A program made the translations under genes and the position numbers. From Candidatus Fokinia solitaria (lineage in GTDB: Bacteria > Pseudomonadota > Alphaproteobacteria > Rickettsiales > Midichloriaceae), in NCBI RefSeq assembly GCF_003072485.1, contig NZ_CP025989.1, positions 780,001 to 812,000 of the forward strand: a DNA stretch of 32,000 nucleotides, given 5' to 3'. Shown piece after piece: positions 1 to 10,094 of this stretch (positions within the stretch are counted from its first letter, which is position 1; each line of letters opens with the position of its first letter). The notes under the pieces are model-generated. The model did no database searches. It saw only the letters and a program-made list of their open reading frames with translations, and was not told the origin of the DNA.

Positions 1-838
1 GATTGCGTTGCTTATATTGCGAGAGATTGCAGAAATGTCGCAAAACAACACAGCAAAGAGTACGAAAGAAACAGCACAAACAGAAGAGACAGAACAAACG
101 CCAGGTCTTATTTACTTAATTGACGAACCAGAACTACATTTACATCCATCAGCACAGAGAAAATTAATGGAATTACTCCTCGAAGAATCAAAGACGAAGC
201 AGATAATCATCGCAACTCACTCTACAGAGCTAATACATCCGATATTCTGTAAGAAAGAAGAGCCAGAAAAACACCATAACGACACGCCACAAACTGAAGG
301 TGAAAACAAAAGCGAAAGGCAAAATGCTCCTATAAAACCATACTTCCGCATCTTCAAAAGAGAGTCACAGGAGATAACAGTCACTGCTGATGCAGTAAAG
401 CTTCTGCTTCCCTTTCCATCACGAGAAGAAATAATTTTCCGCGCATTTGACGTATTTACTACAGATTTTCACAATGAGCTTTACGGCACACTTTATAGTA
501 AGTTGGAGAAACAATTTTATGACGAGCAGAAGAATAAGAGATTTATTGCAGAGGAATTTGACAAGAAAGTTGCCGAACTTAAAGAGAATCTTAAAGAAGG
601 AGAGCATATACCATCACCCGCAGAGAAAGAATGGAAAAAGTACAATTCAAAGAAAGGTGAAGTAATAGCAGAAAAAGTAACGATACATACTTACATAAGA
701 AATTCAATACATCATCCTGAAAATACACTTAATACCCTTTACACAGAAAAAGAATTAAAAGAGTCGATCGAAACACTAATAAAGTTATTAGGAGATTTTC
801 TCAAGAGAGAATCAAAACACAGAAGATTGAGATATTAG
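1..838 (+). CDS. AAA/OLD-like (ABC-class) ATPase, C-terminal part; the reading frame is open to the window edge
   Basis: Protein contains a Walker B-like LIYLIDEPELHLHPSAQ and an H-loop-like IIIATHS. The ORF track starts at TTG 8, but the frame is open upstream to base 2 and no P-loop is present, so the N-terminus lies outside the window. The C-terminus contains TYIRNSIHHPEN. Confidence 0.75.
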   Translation, partial: IALLILREIAEMSQNNTAKSTKETAQTEETEQTPGLIYLIDEPELHLHPSAQRKLMELLLEESKTKQIIIATHSTELIHPIFCKKEEPEKHHNDTPQTEGENKSERQNAPIKPYFRIFKRESQEITVTADAVKLLLPFPSREEIIFRAFDVFTTDFHNELYGTLYSKLEKQFYDEQKNKRFIAEEFDKKVAELKENLKEGEHIPSPAEKEWKKYNSKKGEVIAEKVTIHTYIRNSIHHPENTLNTLYTEKELKESIETLIKLLGDFLKRESKHRRLRY

Positions 839-931
839 ACTTTTTCAAGCGCTTACAAATGTACTTAAAATACACGACGTTCTGCGATAAATGGATCTGC
901 TTTAATTTGCAAATCTCATTTTCGCAAAAAG

Positions 932-3907
932 TCACGCTTCTATCGTGCGAGATAGTCTACTAAGATACTCTCTTAAATACAGTCCAGTAACACTCTCTGG
1001 ATGCTTGCATATATCTTCCGGACGTCCTACACATAGCACTTTACCACCTTTAGGGCCTCCTCCAGGGCCAAAATCTATCACGTAATCAGCCTGTGCCACA
1101 ATACTCATATTATGTTCCACTACAACTACAGTATCGCCTCTATCAACTAATCTGTTAATCGTGGCAATCAACTTTGTAACGTCTTCTGGATGTAATCCTT
1201 TGCTTGGCTCATCCAACAAATATACTGTATGACTTCTAGAGAATTCTTCTCCTCCTTTCTCTAAGCTGAGAGTGGTGATATGTGCTCTTTTAGATAGTTC
1301 TCTAGACAGCTTAACGCGTTGCGCTTCACCACCGGAAAGTGTTGTTGCTGATTGCCCCATCTGCATATATCCTAATCCAACTTCTTGTAGTAAAGATATC
1401 TTTTCTCTTATTGCGGGCACATTTGCGAAAGCTTCCATCGCTTCATCAACAGAAAGTTCTAATATATCTGCTATAGAGTATCCATTCCACTTTATCTGCA
1501 ATGTATCTTGATTGTAGCGTTTTCCTCCACACGCATCACATTGTATATACACATCAGGCAAAAAATACATTTCTACCTTAATCACGCCATCACCTTCGCA
1601 TACCTCGCATCTTCCGCCTTTGATATTAAATGAAAATCTCGCTGCGGTATAACCATTACCGATAGAATCGGGAAGATTCGCGTATAATTCTCTAATTTGT
1701 GTAAACACGTTAATATATGTCGCAGGATTTGAACGTGGCGTTCTACCTATTGGCGACTGATCTATTCTTATTATTTTATCTACATTTTCTACTCCTGTGA
1801 TTTTCTTATATAAACTTGAGTTAGTAAGTACTCCGTTGATTTTATTACTTATTGCTCTATAAAAGAGTTCTACGAAAGTGGACTTACCACTTCCTGAAAC
1901 TCCAGTAATAGCCGTAAGCACTCCACACGGAATATCGATATCGACATCTTTGATGTTGTATGCTGTTGCGCCATAGATAGATAACATATCAGTATTGAGA
2001 GTTCTTCTGATACTTGGACAGCCAATATTTCTCTCACCTGAAAGATATAGACCAGTAATACTTTCCTTACATTCTGCAATCTCATTCGGAGTACCAGTAG
2101 CCACTACATAGCCACCTGCTTTTCCCGCGCCTGGCCCTACATCAATTACATAATCAGCTCTTCTGATAATATTCAAATCATGTTCTACTACTAAAAGCGA
2201 ATTACCCATTTTTATCAGCGAACATATAATATCTATGATCCTATGTTTATCATGTTCATGTGCACCGGCACATGGCTCATCCAAAACATATACTATTCCA
2301 CTCAAACTTGAACCTACTTGTCGCGTAATTTTCACACGTTGCCCTTCACCTCCAGAAAGAGTTTGCGCTTGCCTATCTAAGCTTAAATATCCAACACCAA
2401 TTTCTTCTAACAGCAGCAGACGTTTTATAACCTCTTCAATCAATTGCTCAGCAATCTGCTTTTTCTTTTCATCTAACTTTCCATCTAATACTTTGAACCA
2501 TTGTATTGCTTCCGTAATACTCATCTGACACAACTCGCCAATATGTATCCCCGCAATTTTCACGTGAAGTGCCTTATTATTTAATCTGTATCCCTTACAA
2601 CATTTGCAATTTCTCACATCTCTATACTTTGTTAATTCATCTGCTAAATGCGTATTTGTCTGCGCATCTGCTCTTTTCTCAAGAAATGGAATGACTCCTT
2701 CGAACTCTTCTTCAATCATTGTGTATCTCGTACCATCACTATACTGAATTCTCAGAAGTTCTCCTCTTGAACCATCGAAAATAATATCCTGTACTTTCTG
2801 TGGTAAATCACAAAACGGCGTTGCAAGATCGAATGAGTATTTTTCAGATAATGCACGAAAGACTTGTACGCACTTTTTACGGAAACTTTCTGGTACAATC
2901 TTACTTTCTGCTGACCATGGATGTATTGCACCTTCCATCAAACTAAGACGAGGCTGAGGCACTACTAACTCTCTCGAGAAAAAGGATTCTTTACCTAATC
3001 CATCGCACTCTGGACATGTACCTTGAGGCACATTAAACGAGAACATCTTTGGAGTAGGCTCTTCAATTGTAAATCCGGAAACTGGACAAGAAAATCCTTG
3101 AGATAGTATCATCTCATATGGTTGTTGCGCAGGTGAAGCAATATGTAACTCTAATATTCCTCTACTAAGTCTCGTAGCTGTATTAACAAAGGAAAAAATC
3201 TGCTCTTTTAAACCATGATATGCTGTTTTATTTTTTCCCGCTAATGATACTTCGGAAAGAAAAAGATTACCTATAACAGCTTTGATAGTATGCACTACAT
3301 TTGACTCAAGTATAGGTAAATGATCTACGTCATACTGAGTACCATCTATAGTAAATTTTCTATAGCCATTCTTCTTTAGAAGCGCTAATTCCTTTCTAAA
3401 ATCTCCTTTTTGATTTTTCGCTATCAGTGCATGAAATGTAATATTCGAATCAGGAGGTAAAGATAGCACTTTTTCCACTACCTCAGTTGCTGCTTGTCTT
3501 TTTATTATTTGTCCTGTAGCGGGCGAATGCGGATCTCCTATAGAGGCAAACAACACACGCAAAAAATCGTATATATCCGTAATCGTAGCTACTGTAGAAC
3601 GAGGATTTCTAGAGAATCCTTTTTGATCTATCGCAATAGGAGCGCCCATCCCGCATATACTTCCAAGCTTAGGCTTTGCTTGCTCTTCAAACTGCCTTGC
3701 ATATGTACTAAGACCTAGATAAAGCCTCTTTCCTTCTGCATTTAACACATCCATTGCTAACGAACTCTTGCCAGAGCCGCTAACACCGGAAAAAACAACG
3801 AACTTCTCCTTCGGTACTTTTACGCTGACTTTTTTAAGATTGTTTTCAGATGCATCTGAGATAATGATATATTCCACTTTATTAGAAGATGTTGACATGC
3901 TATGCAC
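932..3907 (-). CDS. uvrA: Excinuclease ABC subunit A (UvrA), divergent
   Basis: 991 aa with GVSGSGKSSL and GVSGSGKST P-loops, signatures LSGGEGQR and LSGGEAQRVKL, IDQSPIGRTPRSNPATY, and the C-terminal zinc finger CEVCEGDGVIKVEMYFLPDVYIQCDACGGKRY. Confidence 0.95.
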   Translation of the reverse strand: MHSMSTSSNKVEYIIISDASENNLKKVSVKVPKEKFVVFSGVSGSGKSSLAMDVLNAEGKRLYLGLSTYARQFEEQAKPKLGSICGMGAPIAIDQKGFSRNPRSTVATITDIYDFLRVLFASIGDPHSPATGQIIKRQAATEVVEKVLSLPPDSNITFHALIAKNQKGDFRKELALLKKNGYRKFTIDGTQYDVDHLPILESNVVHTIKAVIGNLFLSEVSLAGKNKTAYHGLKEQIFSFVNTATRLSRGILELHIASPAQQPYEMILSQGFSCPVSGFTIEEPTPKMFSFNVPQGTCPECDGLGKESFFSRELVVPQPRLSLMEGAIHPWSAESKIVPESFRKKCVQVFRALSEKYSFDLATPFCDLPQKVQDIIFDGSRGELLRIQYSDGTRYTMIEEEFEGVIPFLEKRADAQTNTHLADELTKYRDVRNCKCCKGYRLNNKALHVKIAGIHIGELCQMSITEAIQWFKVLDGKLDEKKKQIAEQLIEEVIKRLLLLEEIGVGYLSLDRQAQTLSGGEGQRVKITRQVGSSLSGIVYVLDEPCAGAHEHDKHRIIDIICSLIKMGNSLLVVEHDLNIIRRADYVIDVGPGAGKAGGYVVATGTPNEIAECKESITGLYLSGERNIGCPSIRRTLNTDMLSIYGATAYNIKDVDIDIPCGVLTAITGVSGSGKSTFVELFYRAISNKINGVLTNSSLYKKITGVENVDKIIRIDQSPIGRTPRSNPATYINVFTQIRELYANLPDSIGNGYTAARFSFNIKGGRCEVCEGDGVIKVEMYFLPDVYIQCDACGGKRYNQDTLQIKWNGYSIADILELSVDEAMEAFANVPAIREKISLLQEVGLGYMQMGQSATTLSGGEAQRVKLSRELSKRAHITTLSLEKGGEEFSRSHTVYLLDEPSKGLHPEDVTKLIATINRLVDRGDTVVVVEHNMSIVAQADYVIDFGPGGGPKGGKVLCVGRPEDICKHPESVTGLYLREYLSRLSRTIEA

Positions 3908-4063
3908 ACAGTAAATTCCATTTTTCAGTTAGCTGCTTCGCCATCCGACACTATTGATAATACCACAATTCGGAAAAAAATCCATTCAGATTCATCTTGA
4001 TTATATATTTGTCTTATGCTTTTAAGCATCAACATAAGAAAATAAGTTCTGAAAACAGATGCA

Positions 4064-4804
4064 TTATCCTTCTCCTAAAAGCTTGATTAATTCTAATGGT
4101 TTCAATGAAGATTTCTCTTTTTCTTTGAACTGATGCATTACGCTACCATCGTTTAAAATAATCAGCCTATCTCCATATTCTATAGCATGATGCATGTCAT
4201 GCGTTATCATTAAAACTGTCTTTCCTCTTAGAATTTTCCTTGTGAGTTTCATTACGTTATCGGATGTTTTCGGATCAAGTGCAGACGTTATTTCATCCAT
4301 CAGTAATATCTTAGATTCGGAAAGTAACGACATTACCACACTAAGAAGCTGTCGCTGCCCTCCGGATAAAGTAGCTACAAATTGATTTAACTTTCTCTCA
4401 AGACCTATATCCAATTCTTTCAGCTTTTCCATAAAAAAGCTTCTCCTCTCCTTTGTATTGTATAATCTCATCCCTCTTCTTTTCCCTTGCATATAAGCAA
4501 GATTAAGATTCTCGAATACTGTCATATCGCTAACGGTATTACTATCAGGATATTGCGTTACATACGAAAAAAGCTTTTTTCGCTGAGAAGAATGCATTGA
4601 TTTGACACTATGTCCATCTACTGTTGCGCATCCGGTAAAATTTTTTATTTCGCCATTTATAAGGCGCAAAAAACTCGATTTCCCTACACCATTACGACCT
4701 ACAATCATAATGAATTCATTTTCCATAATATCGATTGTGAGATTGTGAAATATGGAGTAATCATCAGTGTGCGCTTTTAAGCAGACATTACTTATCTTTA
4801 TCAT
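4064..4804 (-). CDS. ABC transporter ATP-binding protein (COG1101-like, partner of COG2984/COG4120 type permease and binding protein)
   Basis: GRNGVGKSS Walker A, LSGGQRQLLS signature, ILLMDEITSALDP Walker B, ITHDMHHA H-loop. Overlaps the permease gene by 17 nt. Confidence 0.85.
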   Translation of the reverse strand: MIKISNVCLKAHTDDYSIFHNLTIDIMENEFIMIVGRNGVGKSSFLRLINGEIKNFTGCATVDGHSVKSMHSSQRKKLFSYVTQYPDSNTVSDMTVFENLNLAYMQGKRRGMRLYNTKERRSFFMEKLKELDIGLERKLNQFVATLSGGQRQLLSVVMSLLSESKILLMDEITSALDPKTSDNVMKLTRKILRGKTVLMITHDMHHAIEYGDRLIILNDGSVMHQFKEKEKSSLKPLELIKLLGEG

Positions 4805-5642
4805 GCGATATACGTACTTTTGTGAGATAAATTACTATTGTCACCACAACGCCGGTAATCAGATTTACATCGTATACTTCCAAATGCAGCAACTCCACAT
4901 GCAAAGCAAAAGCAATAATCAGCCTGTATATCACAGAGCCAACTATGCATGAAAGTATCGAAAAAATTACCGACTTCCTTTTAAATACCTTTTCTCCAAG
5001 GAAAATACCTGCGAATCCTACTACTAATGTACCAATTCCTTGCGATGTATCGCATAATTGCTGGTACTGTGCCATTAAACTTCCGCTTAACGCTATTGCG
5101 CCATTGCTAAGCCCTAATATCGCCAATGTAACGCCACTAACGCATATATTCACCGTTTTACATACAGCTTTATTGTACCCTATTGCGCGTGCAGATAATC
5201 CAAAATCGGTATTTAATACATAAGAAAAAGTACATAATACAAATACCAAAATGCATAATAATACCAAGATTGGAGAAATATTAGAAAATAGCGTATCATA
5301 TCCTACTAATGATATATTGGAAACTCCCCCCATAATACGCATATTTACAGAATACAACATAAAAGCGACTAGTATTCCAGCAAGTAAATTCTGTACCTTA
5401 CAATATATATGTAAGATTCCGGTAATAATCCCTACTACTACTCCAACAGCAAAAGCAGAAACTGTCGCTAGCACTACCGAAACTCCATTTGCAATTAAAG
5501 CGCCTGATACCGCAGCGCCACTCATAAAACTTCCATCACATGTCAAATCAGGAAAGTCTATTATTCGAAATGTAAGGTAAATCCCTATAGCTACTATGCT
5601 ATATATCAGTCCTACTTCTACAGCAATTAAAATCTCTTCCAT
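4788..5642 (-). CDS. ABC transporter permease (COG4120-like)
   Basis: Highly hydrophobic multi-TM protein with FPDLTCDGSFMSGAAVSGALI and NLLAGILVAFMLYSVNMRIMG, typical of this permease family. Sits between binding-protein and ATPase genes. Confidence 0.82.
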   Translation of the reverse strand: MEEILIAVEVGLIYSIVAIGIYLTFRIIDFPDLTCDGSFMSGAAVSGALIANGVSVVLATVSAFAVGVVVGIITGILHIYCKVQNLLAGILVAFMLYSVNMRIMGGVSNISLVGYDTLFSNISPILVLLCILVFVLCTFSYVLNTDFGLSARAIGYNKAVCKTVNICVSGVTLAILGLSNGAIALSGSLMAQYQQLCDTSQGIGTLVVGFAGIFLGEKVFKRKSVIFSILSCIVGSVIYRLIIAFALHVELLHLEVYDVNLITGVVVTIVIYLTKVRISHDKDK

Positions 5643-5643
5643 A

Positions 5644-6594
5644 TCATCTCTTATTAACGATTATAGAAGCTTTTTGCAACACGTCAGACGGTACGGAAAA
5701 ACCTATTTCATTACTCGTGAGTTCATTAATGGCAATTTCAATCTTCTCCGGATATAGAACTACGCCGCTTACTTCCTCATTATTAAAAGATTTTTTCAGT
5801 AACTCTCCTGTCATAACGCCAATCTTATATTGATTAGGCCCTATAGCACCTAAAACTCCTGCATACACCGTATCTACGTCTGTACAATACAACGGTACAT
5901 TATTTTTCTTGCAAAATTCAGCTATATTTGAAATAGCACTTAGCGCGGTATTATCGTTACTAATTATCACTGCATCGACTTCTTTCATCATAGAAGATAA
6001 ACAAGAATTTACATCAGTAACCTTCAACAAAGCACGCTTCACCAATTTTATGTTAGATCGTGAACACGCTTTTGACAGATCATCTACTATATATTGCGAG
6101 TTTATTTCACTTGGATTGTATAATATTCCCAAACTTTTTATAAGAGGCTGCATTTCAGTTATTATCGCAAGGTACTTTTCTGATCGCAAGAAATTACTCA
6201 CACCTGCTACATTCTTGCTTTTTAGCAAACCTGCTTTATATGGCTCAGTGACGGATGAAAAAACAATAAGAGTATCACGCTTCTTTCTTGCGTTTAATAG
6301 CATCTGCGCTGCCATTGTACCGACGCCTACTACTGCTTTCGGATTTGACGAAAAGTACTGCGAAGCAATCTGATGCGCAAGTGCAATATTGCCTTGTGCA
6401 GATTTTATGCTTACTGATGCGAAATCTTTTACAGTATCTTGAATAGCAGAAGCTACAATATCTAGTGCTGGATGATCCGCAGATTTCAGAATTAATACCG
6501 TATTTTCTGCCGCACAAGCGATAAATGCATAACATACAAATACTTTGAGTAGTACATATCTAATCATGATGCATATAGATGAATAACGGTACAT
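5644..6594 (-). CDS. ABC transporter substrate-binding protein (COG2984-like); the start may be the internal ATG at about 6567
   Basis: N-terminal hydrophobic signal ending FIACAAEN, and family-like motifs NPKAVVGVGTMAAQMLL, VFSSVTEP, LGILYNPSEINSQY. Abuts the permease gene. Confidence 0.83.
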   Translation of the reverse strand: MYRYSSICIMIRYVLLKVFVCYAFIACAAENTVLILKSADHPALDIVASAIQDTVKDFASVSIKSAQGNIALAHQIASQYFSSNPKAVVGVGTMAAQMLLNARKKRDTLIVFSSVTEPYKAGLLKSKNVAGVSNFLRSEKYLAIITEMQPLIKSLGILYNPSEINSQYIVDDLSKACSRSNIKLVKRALLKVTDVNSCLSSMMKEVDAVIISNDNTALSAISNIAEFCKKNNVPLYCTDVDTVYAGVLGAIGPNQYKIGVMTGELLKKSFNNEEVSGVVLYPEKIEIAINELTSNEIGFSVPSDVLQKASIIVNKR

Positions 6595-6621
6595 TTTTGC
6601 ATATCCATTTTTTATAAGTTA

Positions 6622-7932
6622 CTACCTCATTCTATTCCATGATAAAGAACTAGCATGAGTCGCTACTACAGATTCTTTATTTCCATTTATATCGATAAAA
6701 TATATGCTGCTGATACCTCCATTTCCCTTACGTGCGCTAAACATCATACCAGAACCATTCGGTGCCCATGCAACATTATCAACTAGCAATGCACTATTTA
6801 AAAGCTTTTCTTCACTGCCATCAGCATTCATGATACCAAGATAGAACATACCATTTAAGCGCTTACTGAATGCTATATAATTTCCATCTGGAGAATACGA
6901 TGGAGTAAAGTACTGTCCACTACCAGTACTAATCTGATTGATCTTTCTCGTAGCTGAGTTAAGAGAGTAGATTCTATTGATACCACTATGATCAGAGGTA
7001 AATACCATTCTCGTACCATCATATGAATATTGCGCATTCGTAATAATAGCGTTTTTCACGGATAGTAAAGGTACCGTCTTACCACTACTCAAAGAGTACT
7101 CATATAAACCAGTAGTCCCCATATACGCTATGGAAAAGATCATCTTTCTCATATCCGGAGAAAAATTTATCGAAAAAATAGTGCCTTTTAGTGAAAGAAT
7201 TGGTTTCACACTACCATTCTCAAGATCTAGTCTCATAACGACTGTTCTATGATTCCAGTACTCTATATAATACAGCTTCGTACCACATGGACTAAATTGT
7301 GGATTATGTACTATATTTTTACCGTTTGTTACGTATACAGCATTATCGCCGTTATAATCCGCTATCACCAGCTTCGTAACTTGCTTTTTAGCTTTTTTCA
7401 GTTCTTTCACAAACGCCACTTTTGTAGCGAAGTAACCATTCTGACCAGTGATGTATCGATAAATTCGATTCGATATCGCATGCGAAACTTCTCTCCAACT
7501 ACTTATTGGTACTACTTTAGAAAAGGTATCAACTTGCTTCTTAAGTTTTACATCAAATAACTTATAAGATACCAATATTGAGTCAGCTGCTTTGTTACGC
7601 TCTACCCGTCCGAGTATTATAAGTGACGTACCACTCTTTTGCCATAAATGAAAGTTTGGCACATTCGTGAATCCTACATTTTCTAAGAATCCTCTAGGAT
7701 CTGAAATACTAAAAATTCCTGAAAAAGATAAATCTTTCGCAATTGCTGTAGAAATTTTCTGCGATACCGGAGACGCATCACCGTGAAACGGAAAAATCGC
7801 ACAATCTACGAAACGTACTTTATTTTGGGAGATTTTCAGTTCCAAAACAGCATGCGATGTATTCGCAAGCATCAGAGAGAATACAGCAAAAAGAAGGTAG
7901 GCTACTATGCGCCTAGAAGCAGAGAGACACAT
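6622..7932 (-). CDS. tolB: Tol-Pal system protein TolB
   Basis: 436 aa with signal peptide and WD-like repeats: NPQFSPCGTKLYYI, YSYDGTRMVFTSDHSG, YFTPSYSPDGNYIAFSK, WAPNGSGMMFSARK. Confidence 0.93.
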   Translation of the reverse strand: MCLSASRRIVAYLLFAVFSLMLANTSHAVLELKISQNKVRFVDCAIFPFHGDASPVSQKISTAIAKDLSFSGIFSISDPRGFLENVGFTNVPNFHLWQKSGTSLIILGRVERNKAADSILVSYKLFDVKLKKQVDTFSKVVPISSWREVSHAISNRIYRYITGQNGYFATKVAFVKELKKAKKQVTKLVIADYNGDNAVYVTNGKNIVHNPQFSPCGTKLYYIEYWNHRTVVMRLDLENGSVKPILSLKGTIFSINFSPDMRKMIFSIAYMGTTGLYEYSLSSGKTVPLLSVKNAIITNAQYSYDGTRMVFTSDHSGINRIYSLNSATRKINQISTGSGQYFTPSYSPDGNYIAFSKRLNGMFYLGIMNADGSEEKLLNSALLVDNVAWAPNGSGMMFSARKGNGGISSIYFIDINGNKESVVATHASSLSWNRMR

Positions 7933-8172
7933 CGCAGAAATTGGTTAATTCTCGTATAACTCGAGTCTGTACACATGCGATGAAAATGTCAACGATTTCA
8001 ATGTCTCTTTTCTACGATAAGTTACTACTGCACCGCAAATAGATATATGCAAGAACGACAGAAGCAATGCAAATATGCTTTCTGCACTTCTTACACTATC
8101 AAAGCGAAATCATTAAAGAACGTTTATAAACATCTTTCGGCAAATAACAGCGCATTAAGCGCATCACACCAC

Positions 8173-8514
8173 CTAAGCCTTTTCTATACTTGTGCTTTTA
8201 ATGTACTCAGGAGACTGAATATCTACGCCACTTCTCTTACTATACCTTATTTTCTTACCATCTGACACTTTAAAGCCTATACGGCATGGCTTTCTATCAC
8301 TTGGATCGATATGCATTACCTTAGATAAAGGAAGTGGAAATTCTATATTTTGATATCCACCTGCATTAGCTTTCTGTTTTTTGCTTCTGATATTCACACC
8401 TGCAACTACCACTTCGCATTCACTTGCAAGTACAGCTAATACCTTGCCAATTTTTCCCTTATACTTTCCGGAGATTACTATCACTTCATCACCCTTTACA
8501 ACTCTAGCAGCCAT
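8173..8514 (-). CDS. rplX: 50S ribosomal protein L24
   Basis: KGDEVIVISGKYKGKIGKVLAV and YKSKKRSGVDI-type C-terminus. ATG at codon 3 of the ORF track preferred over the TTG start. Confidence 0.95.
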   Translation of the reverse strand: MAARVVKGDEVIVISGKYKGKIGKVLAVLASECEVVVAGVNIRSKKQKANAGGYQNIEFPLPLSKVMHIDPSDRKPCRIGFKVSDGKKIRYSKRSGVDIQSPEYIKSTSIEKA

Positions 8515-8550
8515 AGTCAAAAATAAATTAATTCAACAATTAAACAATCA

Positions 8551-8922
8551 TTACAACACTTCTTGTGCTAGAGAGATAATCTTTGTAAATCCTAACCCTC
8601 TTAATTCGCGTGGCATCACGCCAAAAACCCTAGTTGCAAGAGGTTCGCCTGCTTCATTTATTATAACAGCAGCATTCACGTCGAATTTGATATAACTACC
8701 GTCCTTTCTTCTAACCTCTTTTTTCGTTCTTACAACTACAGCTTTATACACTCCACCAGCTTTTACTAACTTTGGATTCGGTATCGCATCCACTACGGAT
8801 ACCACTATTCTATCACCAATAGAACCGAATCTTCTCTTCGAGCCACCAAGCACTTTTATACACTTAGCAAATTTAGCACCAGAATTATCGGCAACTAATA
8901 GTACCGTACCAGGTATAATCAT
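8551..8922 (-). CDS. rplN: 50S ribosomal protein L14
   Basis: [27 protein letters not shown] through [23 protein letters not shown]. Confidence 0.97.
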   Translation of the reverse strand: MIIPGTVLLVADNSGAKFAKCIKVLGGSKRRFGSIGDRIVVSVVDAIPNPKLVKAGGVYKAVVVRTKKEVRRKDGSYIKFDVNAAVIINEAGEPLATRVFGVMPRELRGLGFTKIISLAQEVL

Positions 8923-8954
8923 AATAAAGAAACAGTAAAAATTTTATAATCCGA

Positions 8955-9197
8955 TCAATTAGCGATTTTATCGTATAACACCATCCATCTTTTTAACTTA
9001 GATATTGGCCTCGACTCAATGATAGAAACTGCATCTCCACACTTAAAAGCAGAGTTAGGATCGTGCGCATGATATTTCTTTGTAACTGAAACTATCTTTC
9101 TATACTTTGGATGCTGAAACTTTCTCTCCACCTCAACGACAACGGTACTCTGTTGCTTATCACTCACAACAACACCTTTTAGTATTCTTTTTGGCAT
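8955..9197 (-). CDS. rpsQ: 30S ribosomal protein S17; true start probably MPKRILKG at 9197, not 9362
   Basis: [41 protein letters not shown] is S17-like. The extra 55 residues in the ORF track have no S17 character. Confidence 0.92.
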   Translation of the reverse strand: MPKRILKGVVVSDKQQSTVVVEVERKFQHPKYRKIVSVTKKYHAHDPNSAFKCGDAVSIIESRPISKLKRWMVLYDKIAN

Positions 9198-9479
9198 TTC
9201 CACACTATCATATACCGATAAACTACGTCGGATGCTAGATAACTCATAAGTAAAAGTCAAGCTGTAACGAATATGATCGGTACTCTCTTCAGTATCGAAA
9301 ATGATAGTAATAAGCGTATTCAAGAGAGAATTCATCAACTTGAGTGTATTGATAAATTGCACCGAATTATTTTATGATACCTTTATAGTCATCGAGATGC
9401 ATTAATTCACAATCTCAAATTTGCTTCATAAACAAGTCACTTGTATCACTTATCACTCTTAAACATAATCGATGAATAG

Positions 9480-10082
9480 ATGAATAACAAAAAGAACGAT
9501 GACATACTATGTAATTATCACGGTATAAAGCATATTGCTGTCACAGATGAAGAGTGTTTAATCAAGGAAATTTCAGCGCAATATTCAAAGACTGGCTTTG
9601 TCAAAGCTAAATTCATGGAATTGCTTGCATGGGCGAGAGTAGGCTCTCTGTGGCCAATGACATTTGGTTTAGCATGCTGTGCTGTAGAGATGATGCATGC
9701 AGCAGGAAGTAGATATGATATGGATAGATTCGGAATGCTCTTTCGCGCAACGCCTAGACAATCTGATGTCATCATAGTTGCTGGCACTCTGACAAATAAG
9801 ATGGCTGCAGCGCTACGTATGGTCTATGATCAGATGCCAGAACCGAGATGGGTGATATCAATGGGTAGCTGTGCAAACGGTGGAGGATATTATCACTACT
9901 CATACTCTGTAGTGAGAGGATGCGATCGAATTATACCAGTAGATGTGTATATCCCTGGTTGCCCTCCAACTCCGGAAGCACTACTATACGGATTCATGAT
10001 TTTGCAAAGAAAAATCAAAAGACAGCATAGAGAGGCGGCGTACGACAAACTGAAGCAGAATACCGCGCCACTCTCAAATTAA
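9480..10082 (+). CDS. nuoB: NADH-quinone oxidoreductase subunit B
   Basis: [76 protein letters not shown]. Confidence 0.97.
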   Translation: MNNKKNDDILCNYHGIKHIAVTDEECLIKEISAQYSKTGFVKAKFMELLAWARVGSLWPMTFGLACCAVEMMHAAGSRYDMDRFGMLFRATPRQSDVIIVAGTLTNKMAAALRMVYDQMPEPRWVISMGSCANGGGYYHYSYSVVRGCDRIIPVDVYIPGCPPTPEALLYGFMILQRKIKRQHREAAYDKLKQNTAPLSN

Positions 10083-10094
10083 GCTTTTCGATAT

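Noticed and set aside
9198-9362. 55-aa N-terminal extension of S17
   Set aside because: Not S17-like; MPKRILKG at 9197 is a normal S17 start.
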